Below, one piece after another: positions 28,565 through 37,646 of a stretch of DNA of 64,000 nucleotides. Under the pieces are notes generated by a model, which ran no database searches, was not told the origin of the DNA, and worked only from the letters and a program-made list of their open reading frames with translations. Within the stretch, counting starts at the first letter, position 1, and each line of letters opens with the position of its first letter. Origin of the DNA: an uncultured Verrucomicrobiota bacterium (GTDB lineage: Bacteria; Verrucomicrobiota; Verrucomicrobiia; Limisphaerales; UBA1100); the NCBI GenBank assembly GCA_902551155.1, contig CACDBG010000001.1, positions 4,532-68,531 of the forward strand. Reading direction: 5' to 3'. A program made the position numbers and the translations under genes.

Positions 28565-29164
28565 TTATTTCATCACCCGACCCGTGTGCCGCGCATTCTG
28601 CCCACGCATGGGCCATGGGCTTTTGGCGAGACCTTTGGAGTTGGTCTTGATGGCATAAAGCTTTTTGTCAGCTGATCCAACGTATACTGTTCCATCTGAT
28701 CCAATGGCGGGGGAGGAGGACACATGATCTCCCGTTTCAAAATCCCATAGCTTGACCCCGGTTTTGCCATTGATCGCATAGAGCTTGTTGTCCCATGACC
28801 CGACGTAAACCGTGCCATCAGAGCCGATGGCGGGGGAGGAGTGCACACTCCCTCCCGTTTTATATTCCCAAAGCTTGACCCCAGTCTTGCCATTGATGGC
28901 ATAGAGCTTGGTGTCATTTGACCCGACGTAAACTGTCCCATCAGAGCCGATGGCGGGGGAGGAGGACACAGGGCTTCCAGTTTCAAATTCCCATATAGGT
29001 GTGCCGACTTCGACCTTGGAGGTTTGGTTGATGCCTTGGGGATTGGGCTTGGAATCTGGCGTAGTAGTTCCGCAACCCACAGCAACGACAAGACCCAACA
29101 AAGCAATCAGCACGTGTGTTTCATGCCCCAAATCTACTGCCCCCCTGTCTGCTATCAATATCAA
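28565..29164 (-). CDS. PQQ-like beta-propeller repeat lipoprotein (3 blades)
   Basis: Lipobox LVVAVGC, then three 40-aa repeats LW(E/D)(F/Y)xTGxxVxSSPAIGSDGTVYVGSxDxKLYAINGKTGVK and the tail SPWPMRGQNARHTGR. The start is uncertain: TTG 29164, or the internal TTG/GTG just before HETHVLIALLG. Confidence 0.75.
   Translation of the reverse strand: MILIADRGAVDLGHETHVLIALLGLVVAVGCGTTTPDSKPNPQGINQTSKVEVGTPIWEFETGSPVSSSPAIGSDGTVYVGSNDTKLYAINGKTGVKLWEYKTGGSVHSSPAIGSDGTVYVGSWDNKLYAINGKTGVKLWDFETGDHVSSSPAIGSDGTVYVGSADKKLYAIKTNSKGLAKSPWPMRGQNARHTGRVMK
28648..28999 (-). repeat. three tandem ~120-bp coding repeats (PQQ-like blades)
   Basis: The string gccgatggcgggggaggag...cccgacgtaaac... recurs with a 120-nt period and high DNA identity. 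Confidence 0.8.
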
Positions 29165-29346
29165 AGACGATCTCCATAAATTACTCTGACCAATTCCTGA
29201 CCAACTTTTTTGGTCACAACCCGTGGAGAAAACTGTTTTTCACATTCATAGAGTTATTAAGGTAATGAGTATTAAACGCGTTATTTAGCGTTTTTAATCA
29301 CTTCAATTGGAGAGTATTTAACAGGTTATGCCTCGTTAACTAATTT

Positions 29347-29817
29347 ATGTTTGTTACTGGGATAACCTATTCTTTGTCAGAGGCTGATTTATGGCAGACT
29401 CATTTTTTGCCAATGACAAGTAAGCGTGTTCAACCAGTTAGTGCCCATACGCCCTCTCGGGCCGCTAGGAGTATATTAGCCCAATGGCGTGGAGTAGATC
29501 TCACTAGTCAGGAAAAGGCCCGCACCGATCATGCCCGCCATACTGCAGATCTTATGCCTGCAGTCATGAAAAAGCTCGGAATGGAACGTCGCCAGAGTGA
29601 GGCAGAGATTAGTAAGGTGTGGTTCGAATTAATCGATCCGGCCATTACGGCCCATGCTCGGCCAGTAGGTATTCGTAAGGGTACGTTGTTTGTGAATGTG
29701 GATAGTAACGTCTGGTTAAGCGAAATTGTGCGTTATCGTCGTCGTGAAATTTTACAACGGCTCCAGCATGCTTTTGGGCCAAATCTGATTGCACGAATTT
29801 CGTTTCGAGTCGGATAA
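29347..29817 (+). CDS. DUF721 (DciA-like) domain protein
   Basis: C-terminal region ISKVWFELIDPAITAHARPVGIRKGTLFVNVDSNVWLSEIVRYRRREILQRL fits the DUF721 pattern. The start is uncertain, with an alternative ATG at 29413. Confidence 0.65.
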   Translation: MFVTGITYSLSEADLWQTHFLPMTSKRVQPVSAHTPSRAARSILAQWRGVDLTSQEKARTDHARHTADLMPAVMKKLGMERRQSEAEISKVWFELIDPAITAHARPVGIRKGTLFVNVDSNVWLSEIVRYRRREILQRLQHAFGPNLIARISFRVG

Positions 29818-29832
29818 AAACCAGAATTCCCG

Positions 29833-30654
29833 CTACTCTTTAATAAGAGTTTCGTAACCTTCCCTAAAAGTGGGATAATTCAAAGTCCAGCCTGCTGTCT
29901 TTAGTTTCTTGTTGGAGACACGCTTGCTGGTGGTAGTTCTTTTCCGGTGAGTTACTTCCCCCTCTGGTGGCATGGGTTTCCCAAGCCGGTTAGTCAGCCA
30001 CTCGTAAAATTCCCCTTGAGTGACAGGTTTATCATCGCAGGCATTGTAAGTACCCGGTTGAGTTTTCATCACAGTCAGGATCGCACCCACGACATCATCG
30101 CGGTGAATCATATTCATCCATCTCTTTCCCTTGTCTGTAATCACCGCTTCATTATTGAGTAGTTGACGGTAAAAATACCCACGGTCAGGGCCGTAAATGC
30201 CCGCCACCCGAAGAATGGAGTAAGTGATGCCAGACTCTATTAATGCAGTTTCAGCATCGACAAGATTTTGAGCTGTTCCTGTTACCGGTTGTCGGGGGGT
30301 GTTCTCATCTACCCAATTACCGTCAGTCAGGGGGTAGATATTGGTGCTGCTGGTAAAAAGAACCCGTGCAGAAGTTTCACCCAGCCAGTCGATGAGATTA
30401 TTTATCCCATCAACAAACACAGCGCGGTGGGCTTCAGCACTACCTCGTCCTGAAGAAGCGCAAAAGATAATCCAGTCAAAATTACGGGGGAGAGATTTGA
30501 AAGAGTCAGGTTGAGTTATATCAACCTGATGGGCTTTTACTCCTTCAATACTCAGAGAGCTACGACGAGCGGCGTGCACCTCGTAGGCTAATTTCATTAA
30601 TTCCTTTGCCAGAGGTTGTCCAACATAGCCGCAGCCAAGGATGAGAATGCGCAT
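29833..30654 (-). CDS. NAD(P)-dependent epimerase/dehydratase-family (SDR) protein
   Basis: MRILILGCGYVGQPLAKEL is a Rossmann GxGxxG motif. The ATG at 30654 overlaps the upstream TAA (TAATG). The track ORF is extended to 30720. Confidence 0.8.
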   Translation of the reverse strand: MRILILGCGYVGQPLAKELMKLAYEVHAARRSSLSIEGVKAHQVDITQPDSFKSLPRNFDWIIFCASSGRGSAEAHRAVFVDGINNLIDWLGETSARVLFTSSTNIYPLTDGNWVDENTPRQPVTGTAQNLVDAETALIESGITYSILRVAGIYGPDRGYFYRQLLNNEAVITDKGKRWMNMIHRDDVVGAILTVMKTQPGTYNACDDKPVTQGEFYEWLTNRLGKPMPPEGEVTHRKRTTTSKRVSNKKLKTAGWTLNYPTFREGYETLIKE

Positions 30655-31298
30655 TATTGAGGCCGTAAGGCAGCGCGGGCGGGGGCTCCATCGCTGCCAA
30701 TAATTTTTAGAGGCAGACAAGCTAGATCATATTTGCCCGGTTCAATTTCACTTAGGTTCAGCCCTTCGATAATCCACACTTTGGCCCCAAGTAGTTCCAC
30801 GTGTGTTTCTACCCCATCCCTTTTGAAACCACCCACGCTGAGGTAGTCCACCCCCACAGTCTGGACTCCGCGGGCCGTAATGTGGCGGGCGCCATCTTGT
30901 GAGATATAGATAAAATCCTCATCGAAATCGTCACTTGTCCAACTACGGCTGGAGTTACGTGTTTTGAATAGGATTCTCTCGTTCCTTTGAAGTTGGTGAG
31001 CCTCCAGTTCGGAAGATGTGATAGCGGTTGAATCACGGATTTCAATGACTCGGCATGGGCCCAAGACTGCTTCTAGCGGCATTGTTTCCATGGTATCGCC
31101 TCCGGCAATGAAATGGCGGGGGGCATCCATATGTGTGCCGGTGTGGGCGCTCAGGTTGAGGCGAGTTAGGTTACATGGGCTGCCATTTTCATCGCCTATT
31201 TTCTTTTCGAGACGCGATTCAAAGCCGGGATCTCCAGGCCAATGAACCATCCCGTTTCGGACGGGGACACTGATATCTATCCAGGATTTTTTCTGCAC
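30654..31298 (-). CDS. cyclase family protein (kynurenine formamidase-like)
   Basis: 214 aa with the HTGTHMDAPRHF motif (HxGTHxDxPxH), which is diagnostic of the putative cyclase/arylformamidase family. Confidence 0.85.
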   Translation of the reverse strand: MQKKSWIDISVPVRNGMVHWPGDPGFESRLEKKIGDENGSPCNLTRLNLSAHTGTHMDAPRHFIAGGDTMETMPLEAVLGPCRVIEIRDSTAITSSELEAHQLQRNERILFKTRNSSRSWTSDDFDEDFIYISQDGARHITARGVQTVGVDYLSVGGFKRDGVETHVELLGAKVWIIEGLNLSEIEPGKYDLACLPLKIIGSDGAPARAALRPQ

Positions 31299-31309
31299 TT
31301 GAAAAAGTT

Positions 31310-31732
31310 CTAATGAGTAGGGCGTTTAGATTTGAACTGTTCAAGTACCTTTGGGTTCTGTCTAAAAAATTCAGAGAGATCGGCAAAGGTGTCAAGGGTT
31401 TCACCGCTCAGATGATGTTCGATACCTTCAATATCACGCGCCTGAGTTTTATCATCCAGATCAAGGAGAGTGAAGAATTCAGCGAGTACCTTGTGTCGAT
31501 CACGGATGCGCTTGGCGATCGAAAGACCACTATCAGTTAGCGTAAGGGAGCGATATTTCTCATAATTGAGATAGCCCTCATCGGCCAGTTTTTGCACCAT
31601 ACTTGTTACGCTGGGTTTTCCGACTCCCAGAGACTGGGCAATATCTGCCACATGAGCAGTACCCTTGCTCTCAATGAGTTCATGGATGCGTTCAAGGTAG
31701 TCTTCTGCGCTCTGGCTTGGGGTTCCGGCCAC
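31310..31732 (-). CDS. mntR: DtxR/MntR-family metal-dependent transcriptional regulator
   Basis: 140 aa. SAEDYLERIHELIESKGTAHVADIAQSLGVGKPSVTSMVQKLADEGYL is a winged HTH, followed by a dimerisation/metal domain with no SH3-like tail (MntR-like length). Confidence 0.8.
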   Translation of the reverse strand: MAGTPSQSAEDYLERIHELIESKGTAHVADIAQSLGVGKPSVTSMVQKLADEGYLNYEKYRSLTLTDSGLSIAKRIRDRHKVLAEFFTLLDLDDKTQARDIEGIEHHLSGETLDTFADLSEFFRQNPKVLEQFKSKRPTH

Positions 31733-31832
31733 ACTTTTATTTTATGTATTACAATTGATTGTGGCAACGCGCATTTTGCTTGAGAAAAAGCACTGTTTAA
31801 CTAGATTAGCGAGAAGGAGGCATCCTAAATCC

Positions 31833-32894
31833 ATGGAAGAGGAATCGCCCAGTGAGATCATAGCAGCAATTAGGAGAGCTCAGGAATTGGGCGAACCTTT
31901 AGGGGCTGATTGTAAAAATCTCAAAGGCCAAACACTAACAGACCAGGATTTATCGGGCTTGGATTTGGCTGGGTTTGATTTTTCCGATTGTGAGATGAGT
32001 CGTTGTAATTTGTTTCAGGCCAAATGTCCGAGTGCAAATTTCGATGGAGCAACTTTATATAAGGCAAAGCTCGATGAGGGCGAATTCCTTGGGGCCACGT
32101 TTAAGGGGACTAATTTGTCGGGATGTTCAGCAAAAAAAGCTGGATTCGGCATGAGCGTGATTAGCTCCGCTAATTTTTTTGATGCAAACCTAGAGGATGC
32201 TACTTTTGTGGAAACCCAAGTGATTCAGTCTGATTTTCGGGCTGCCAAACTGGATCGAAGCCGCTTTTTTGGGGCAGATTTGAAGCAATCGGATTTTTCT
32301 CAGGCAGAGCTCAAAGATTCGGATTTACGCGAAACAAATGTGGAAGGGGTGAGTTTTTATAACGCCAGCTTACAGCGATCCCAGTTGAGAGATATTCGGA
32401 ATTTTAAGAGTGCCAACTGGATAGGAACTGATATTCGGGACATTGATTTTTCGGGGGCTTATTTGGTTCGTCGGCATGTCATTGACGAGAACTTTCTGCA
32501 TGAATTTCGCCATCAGGACAAACTACACCGGTTTTTGTATTGGGGATGGAATGTTACTTCAAAATGCGGACGAAGCATGACCCGTTGGGGGCTTTTTTTA
32601 GCGCTAAATATTTTGTTTTTTTCCTGTGTCTATTGGGCTATGGATCAATGGATGACTCCTGCGGGCTTAGACAGTCATTTGAAGGGAATTGGTGGTGACT
32701 CAGGTTTGCCAGGGGGGTTTATTCCTTATTTGTATTTTAGTGTAGTGACCTTTACGACCCTCGGTTTTGGAGATGTGTCTCCAGTGACGGTTGCAGGACA
32801 AGTTGTACTCATTACACATATCACCATAGGCTACTTGGGCTTGGGTGCACTTTTATCCATTTTGGCCACCAAATTCGCCTCTCGTGGAAACTGA
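31833..32894 (+). CDS. pentapeptide-repeat protein fused to a 2-TM potassium channel pore
   Basis: AAGGAGG at 31814-31820 lies 12 nt upstream of ATG 31833. About 190 aa of A(D/N)LxX pentapeptide repeats are followed by TM1, pore helix and filter VVTFTTLGFGDVSP, then TM2. The track ORF starts at 31755. Confidence 0.8.
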   Translation: MEEESPSEIIAAIRRAQELGEPLGADCKNLKGQTLTDQDLSGLDLAGFDFSDCEMSRCNLFQAKCPSANFDGATLYKAKLDEGEFLGATFKGTNLSGCSAKKAGFGMSVISSANFFDANLEDATFVETQVIQSDFRAAKLDRSRFFGADLKQSDFSQAELKDSDLRETNVEGVSFYNASLQRSQLRDIRNFKSANWIGTDIRDIDFSGAYLVRRHVIDENFLHEFRHQDKLHRFLYWGWNVTSKCGRSMTRWGLFLALNILFFSCVYWAMDQWMTPAGLDSHLKGIGGDSGLPGGFIPYLYFSVVTFTTLGFGDVSPVTVAGQVVLITHITIGYLGLGALLSILATKFASRGN

Positions 32895-32897
32895 GTT

Positions 32898-33737
32898 ATG
32901 TTTTCTTTCCTGAAACAAAAAGATCCTCATGCCCGGCTCCGTGAGATTTTGGGTGAATATGATCTACCGCGATTCCGCAAAACAATTTTTGAAACCCTAA
33001 GTCGTTTACGTGATCCTAAAGCCACCTCCAAAGATATTGCTGAAGTGATGAGTATGGATGCTGACCTTACCTCTAAGGTCATGCGAACCGTTAATTCATT
33101 GGCTTACGCCCCCAAAATACCAATCAAGGGTCTGGATCATGCAGTCACTATGTTGGGTAAGTCGGAATTGGAACGTGTCGTTATGATGGTAGGGGCAAAA
33201 GTGGCTATCCCAACCCATGTTCCCAGCGATCTGAATTTGAGCTCTTTTTGGCTTGATGCCAGTCTCCGGGCGATTATTGCCCGTGACTTGGCAAACTTGG
33301 TGGATCCTCCTCGAGCTGGACTATGTTTTTCATCCGGTTTTTTGGAAGATTTGAGTGTGCCTATAATTGCTGCCAGCAAAGGTAATGAGTATGTGGAGGT
33401 ATATCAGACCTCAATTGAAGGTCAAAAACCTCTCCATGAAATAGAACAGGAAAAATTCGGATGGGACCATGCGGAATTAGGTGCCTTGGTTTGTAATGAG
33501 TGGGATTTGCCCGAGGATATCGGTGCTGCCATTAGCGCACAAAATGAGCCCAATAGTGAACTTCGACCTGATCCAGTCTATTACGTGAGTGATCTTTCAG
33601 TTCAATCCAATGAGACATGGCAAGAGCATTTTAAGGATAAGGTTATGACACGCCATCAGATTAAAGAACAGGCGCTGGATTCAATTCTTGGGGGGGTAGA
33701 AGATAAAGCTCGTGATTTGGTTCGTTTGATCTCCTGA
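32898..33737 (+). CDS. HDOD domain protein
   Basis: 279 aa. LPRFRKTIFETLSRLRDPKATSKDIAEVMSMDADLTSKVMRTVNSLAYA fits the HDOD N-terminal pattern. It starts 3 nt after the channel gene. Confidence 0.7.
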   Translation: MFSFLKQKDPHARLREILGEYDLPRFRKTIFETLSRLRDPKATSKDIAEVMSMDADLTSKVMRTVNSLAYAPKIPIKGLDHAVTMLGKSELERVVMMVGAKVAIPTHVPSDLNLSSFWLDASLRAIIARDLANLVDPPRAGLCFSSGFLEDLSVPIIAASKGNEYVEVYQTSIEGQKPLHEIEQEKFGWDHAELGALVCNEWDLPEDIGAAISAQNEPNSELRPDPVYYVSDLSVQSNETWQEHFKDKVMTRHQIKEQALDSILGGVEDKARDLVRLIS

Positions 33738-33896
33738 TTGGCGATCTGCAGTCAGTAAGTTCATCTACGAGATCTGGGATTAAAATATTTTTGTTTTTGC
33801 CGAAGAAAAGGCTTGTGAAAAAAATCACTTATCCTATTTTGGGCCTCCGCCTGACAGTATTTTAACCCTGTTTTTGAGGCTCAAATTGGCCGCTTA

Positions 33897-34844
33897 ATGC
33901 AACTGCGTAAAATTTTAATCGCCCTGTTTTTGGTGATCACCGGTTCCTTCGTTTTGGCTGACGAGGGTGGGGCTATCAGCTCAGAGAAATCTGAGGCAGT
34001 TGGCCATCATCATGAAGGAGATCATCATGAAGAGGCTCACATGCTACCCCCCGCTGCACCGGTGATTTTCGAGGTTGGACCAATGAAAATCACAAACTCG
34101 ATGTTTGTGACCTTCATTGTGGCTTTGGGGATTATCATTATTGCTCAGATGGCCACGAGTAACATACAGCTTATTCCATCAGGTCTGCAAAACTTCGTGG
34201 AACTGCTGGTTGAAAGTCTCTACGGATTTTTTGAAAGCATCATTGGTACTCATATGGTCAAGCGGACATTTTGGTTTTTTGGCACCACATTTATTTTTAT
34301 TTTATTTGCCAATTGGTTTGGGCTTATTCCTGGACTTGGAACGATTGGGTACACTTATCATGATTACGGTTTGTTCCATAATCATCACTTGGATGCACCT
34401 CTGATGCGTGGAGTGAATGCGGATGTGAACATGACTCTTGCTATGTCGGGTATGTTCATGGTGTTGTGGTTGTACTGGAGCCTTAAGGCCTTGGGGCCCG
34501 GTGGGTTTATTGGTCACATTTTCAACGTGAAAGGCCATGGAGCCGGATTCTTTGGAGTGTTTTTGGTAGTGGTGTTTATTTTTGTGGGTATTATTGAGAT
34601 CGTTTCCATTGGGGTGCGGCCAGTTGCGCTCACGTTCCGTCTCTATGGAAATGTATTTGCGGGTGAAAATATATTGGAGACCGTGATGAAGTTGGGAGGT
34701 CCGTGGTTTGGTTGGCTGGCGGTTCTTCCATTTTATTTTTTAGAATTATTAGTGGGCTTGGTCCAAGCTCTGGTGTTTTCACTACTTGCAGCTGTGTTTA
34801 CAGCGTTGATGTGTGAGCACCACGGAGAGGAACACGCGCACTAA
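33897..34844 (+). CDS. atpB: F0F1 ATP synthase subunit a
   Basis: 315 aa. Contains the conserved Arg helix VALTFRLYGNVFAGE. It is the first gene of the atp operon and has N- and C-terminal His-rich extensions. Confidence 0.9.
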   Translation: MQLRKILIALFLVITGSFVLADEGGAISSEKSEAVGHHHEGDHHEEAHMLPPAAPVIFEVGPMKITNSMFVTFIVALGIIIIAQMATSNIQLIPSGLQNFVELLVESLYGFFESIIGTHMVKRTFWFFGTTFIFILFANWFGLIPGLGTIGYTYHDYGLFHNHHLDAPLMRGVNADVNMTLAMSGMFMVLWLYWSLKALGPGGFIGHIFNVKGHGAGFFGVFLVVVFIFVGIIEIVSIGVRPVALTFRLYGNVFAGENILETVMKLGGPWFGWLAVLPFYFLELLVGLVQALVFSLLAAVFTALMCEHHGEEHAH

Positions 34845-34913
34845 ATAATTTCGATGATCGGACCATGCATGTCAGTGGCGATCATCGGGAACAACTAAAA
34901 TGAAAGGTAAAAA

Positions 34914-35111
34914 ATGACTGGAAGTCTTCATATTGGACTGGCAGCCCTGGGTTCTGCAATTGGTGTAGGATTAGTGGGCATGAAAGCCGCTGAGGCCACT
35001 GGCCGAAACCCTGGAGCCGCCGGTGAAATCCGGACGCAGGCGATCATCTTCGCCGCGTTGGCCGAAGGTGTTGTGTTTATTGCGATCTTCCTTGGGAAGA
35101 TGGGCGCGTAA
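34914..35111 (+). CDS. atpE: F0F1 ATP synthase subunit c
   Basis: 65-aa hairpin proteolipid with loop GRNPG and carboxylate AALAEGV. A TAA 6 nt upstream prevents N-terminal extension. Confidence 0.85.
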   Translation: MTGSLHIGLAALGSAIGVGLVGMKAAEATGRNPGAAGEIRTQAIIFAALAEGVVFIAIFLGKMGA

Positions 35112-35161
35112 AGATCAACTCAATCGGGCAGGGAATCCTGCCCGATTAATCAATTTTTAAC

Positions 35162-35695
35162 ATGGAAAATCTAATTATACTGGCCGCAGCAAAAGGGGAA
35201 GGTTTGCCGCAGCAATTTGGCGTTACTTGGGAATTGTTGCTTTCGCAATGCATAGCGTTCCTCGTGCTGGCGTTTGCGCTCAAGAAATTTGCATATGGAC
35301 CGGTGCTGAAGGTGTTGGAAGAGCGTAAGCAGCGCATTGCCGAAGGCATCGAAAACGCAGACAAGATCAAGGCTGAGCTGGAAGATACTCAGGCACAAAA
35401 AGACGCTATTCTTAAGGAAGCCGGCGAGAAGCGTCAGGAGATAATAGACGCAGCAAAAGCTGCTGCTGCAAAACTAGAAAGAGAAGAAGCTGAAAAAGCA
35501 TTGAAGAAAGCTGAGGATATTATCGCCAAGGCTCAGGAAGCAACCGAAGCCTCACGCCAAGAGATGATGAGCGAACTTAAGGCCGAGATTGGCAGGCTTG
35601 TAGTTGATACTACAATAAAGGTCAGCGGGAAGGTTCTTAGTGAGGATGATCAGCAGCGTTTGATTGATGAAACCAACAAAGAATTGGCTGCTTAA
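35162..35695 (+). CDS. atpF: F0F1 ATP synthase subunit b
   Basis: 177 aa with a single N-terminal TM, then a long charged helix (YGPVLKVLEERKQRIAEGI...). Its operon position fits subunit b. Confidence 0.8.
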   Translation: MENLIILAAAKGEGLPQQFGVTWELLLSQCIAFLVLAFALKKFAYGPVLKVLEERKQRIAEGIENADKIKAELEDTQAQKDAILKEAGEKRQEIIDAAKAAAAKLEREEAEKALKKAEDIIAKAQEATEASRQEMMSELKAEIGRLVVDTTIKVSGKVLSEDDQQRLIDETNKELAA

Positions 35696-35701
35696 TAGAC
35701 T

Positions 35702-36094
35702 ATGAAAGGTGGTAAACAATCTCGCCGTGATGCGAAACAGCTTTTTAAGAGCTGTCAGGTTAATGGCCAGCTTGACGAAGATCGAGCGAGGCAGGCCGTG
35801 GCGTTGCTTATCGAGAGGAAACCACGTGGCTATTTTGGAACTCTGCAGGAGTTGCAGCGGTTGGTGAAGCTGGACGTAAACAGTCGTTCAGCGAGTGTAG
35901 AAAGTGCGATTGATCTGACTGAAGGACAAAAACAAAGTGTCAGTGAGAGCTTGAGCCGAATGAAAGGAAGTGATGTGGCTGTTGAATTTACCCAAAATGC
36001 TGAATTGATAGGTGGTATGCGTGTGAAGATTGGGGATGATGTGTTTGATGGTAGCGTTAAGACACGATTAACGCGGCTTGGGGAAAAATTTTAA
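35702..36094 (+). CDS. atpH: F0F1 ATP synthase subunit delta (short form)
   Basis: 130 aa with the C-terminal OSCP signature NAELIGGMRVKIGDDVFDGSVKTRL. It sits between atpF and atpA. Confidence 0.7.
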   Translation: MKGGKQSRRDAKQLFKSCQVNGQLDEDRARQAVALLIERKPRGYFGTLQELQRLVKLDVNSRSASVESAIDLTEGQKQSVSESLSRMKGSDVAVEFTQNAELIGGMRVKIGDDVFDGSVKTRLTRLGEKF

Positions 36095-36118
36095 ACTTTT
36101 ATAATAGAACAAAGAATC

Positions 36119-37642
36119 ATGAGTAACCTATTACAGGATATTGAAGCCCAAATAGCTGGAGCTAAGACAGATGTGGCACGTGAAAACGTGGGGATAGTGC
36201 GTGAGATCGGTGATGGTGTAGCCAAGATTGAAGGCCTGACTGGTGCTATGATGAATGAGCGCCTCGACTTTGGTAATGGAGTGAGCGGATTGGCTCTGAA
36301 TTTGGAGGAGACTGAAGTTGGCGCCGTGATCCTTGGTGATCATACGGGTATTAATGAGGGAACTGAAGTGCGGACAACCGGAGAACTCCTTTCGGTACCG
36401 GTGGGTAAAGGGCTCTTGGGTCGTGTAGTGGATTCTCTGGGTCAACCGATTGACGACAAGGGAGAAGTGGCACATGAAGAGACTTATCCGGTTGAAAAAA
36501 TTGCTGCGGGGATCATTGACCGGCAGTCGGTGAGTCAGCCGATGCAGACAGGGATTATGCCTGTTGATGCAATGATTCCGATTGGCCGAGGGCAACGAGA
36601 GTTGATCATTGGGGACCGCCAGACTGGCAAGACGGCTGTGGCCGTTGATACGATCATTAATAATGCCCGCATCAATAAGGAAAATGAAGGGGTCGAAGGT
36701 TTCCGCCCCCTTTACAGCATATACGTTGCTGTCGGTCAGAAGCGCGCAAACGTCGCCAAGGTAATTCAGGATCTGACTGATGCAGGGGCTATGGAGCACA
36801 CCATCGTGGTTGCGGCTACAGCCAGTGATTCTGCTACTAATCAGTATCTGGCTCCTTTTTCTGGCGCAGCCATGGGTGAGTGGTTCATGGATAATGATAT
36901 GGATTCACTTATTGTTTATGATGATTTATCGAAGCACGCTGTAGCTTATCGTCAGGTTTCTTTGGTTTTGAAGCGTCCCTCTGGTCGTGAAGCTTATCCT
37001 GGTGATGTATTTTATCTTCATAGCCGCCTTCTGGAGCGATCTGCTCGCTTGCGTAAGGCAGCTGGTGGAGGTTCGCTTACCGCTTTGCCCATTATTGAAA
37101 CGCAGGCTGGTGACGTATCGGCTTATATTCCCACCAATGTTATTTCAATTACTGATGGTCAGATTTTCTTGGAGACAGACTTGTTCTACCAAGGTGTGCG
37201 CCCGGCAATTTCAGTGGGCTTATCAGTTAGTCGTGTTGGTTCCGCTGCTCAGGTGAAGGCCATGAAGCAGGTAGCCGGTACCGTGAAACTGGATTTAGCT
37301 CAGTTCCGTGAGTTGGCCGCCTTTGCGCAGTTTGGCAGTGATCTTGATGATGCTACTAAGGCAAAGCTTGAGCGAGGAAAGCGGATTGTTGAAGTATTCA
37401 AACAACCACAATTCCAGCCGGTAGCAGTCCCTATGCAAGTGGCCGTTCTCTGGGCTGTGCAAAATGGATATTTCGATGATGTGGATGTAGAGGCTCTGAA
37501 ACAGACCCAAAACGATATGACGACCTTCCTGAAAGACAGTAAGGGAGATTTAGTTAAGAAGATTGAGACAGAAGGGGCAGTGACTGAAGAGGTCGAATCT
37601 GGCCTCAAGTCTGCATTGGATGAATTTAAGTCACAGAGTTAG
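36119..37642 (+). CDS. atpA: F0F1 ATP synthase subunit alpha
   Basis: 507 aa with the P-loop GDRQTGKT and a sequence collinear with alpha subunits throughout. Confidence 0.97.
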   Translation: MSNLLQDIEAQIAGAKTDVARENVGIVREIGDGVAKIEGLTGAMMNERLDFGNGVSGLALNLEETEVGAVILGDHTGINEGTEVRTTGELLSVPVGKGLLGRVVDSLGQPIDDKGEVAHEETYPVEKIAAGIIDRQSVSQPMQTGIMPVDAMIPIGRGQRELIIGDRQTGKTAVAVDTIINNARINKENEGVEGFRPLYSIYVAVGQKRANVAKVIQDLTDAGAMEHTIVVAATASDSATNQYLAPFSGAAMGEWFMDNDMDSLIVYDDLSKHAVAYRQVSLVLKRPSGREAYPGDVFYLHSRLLERSARLRKAAGGGSLTALPIIETQAGDVSAYIPTNVISITDGQIFLETDLFYQGVRPAISVGLSVSRVGSAAQVKAMKQVAGTVKLDLAQFRELAAFAQFGSDLDDATKAKLERGKRIVEVFKQPQFQPVAVPMQVAVLWAVQNGYFDDVDVEALKQTQNDMTTFLKDSKGDLVKKIETEGAVTEEVESGLKSALDEFKSQS

Positions 37643-37646
37643 GTAA

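Noticed and set aside
29621-29629. GGTTCGAAT (tRNA T-arm-like string)
   Set aside because: It lies inside the DUF721 CDS (encoding VWFELI), and no cloverleaf can be built around it. I found no tRNA in the intergenic regions.
31751-31762. ACAAT-TG-ATTGT inverted repeat between mntR and the K+ channel gene as a possible MntR operator
   Set aside because: The arms are only 5 bp. That is too short to distinguish from chance, and I cannot recall a matching consensus.
33813-33840. TTGTGA-N16-TATTTT promoter-like pair upstream of atpB
   Set aside because: Both hexamers are only partial matches in an AT-rich region, so this is speculative.
36131-36799. 222-aa ORF antisense to atpA. Similar long antisense or out-of-frame ORFs are at 47611..48276, 63221..63865, 54060..54548, 60394..60903, 28573..29106, 20693..21133, 19792..20226 and 17109..17504.
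   Set aside because: Each lies fully inside, or across the junction of, strongly supported genes on the opposite strand or in another frame, and none has a recognisable motif.
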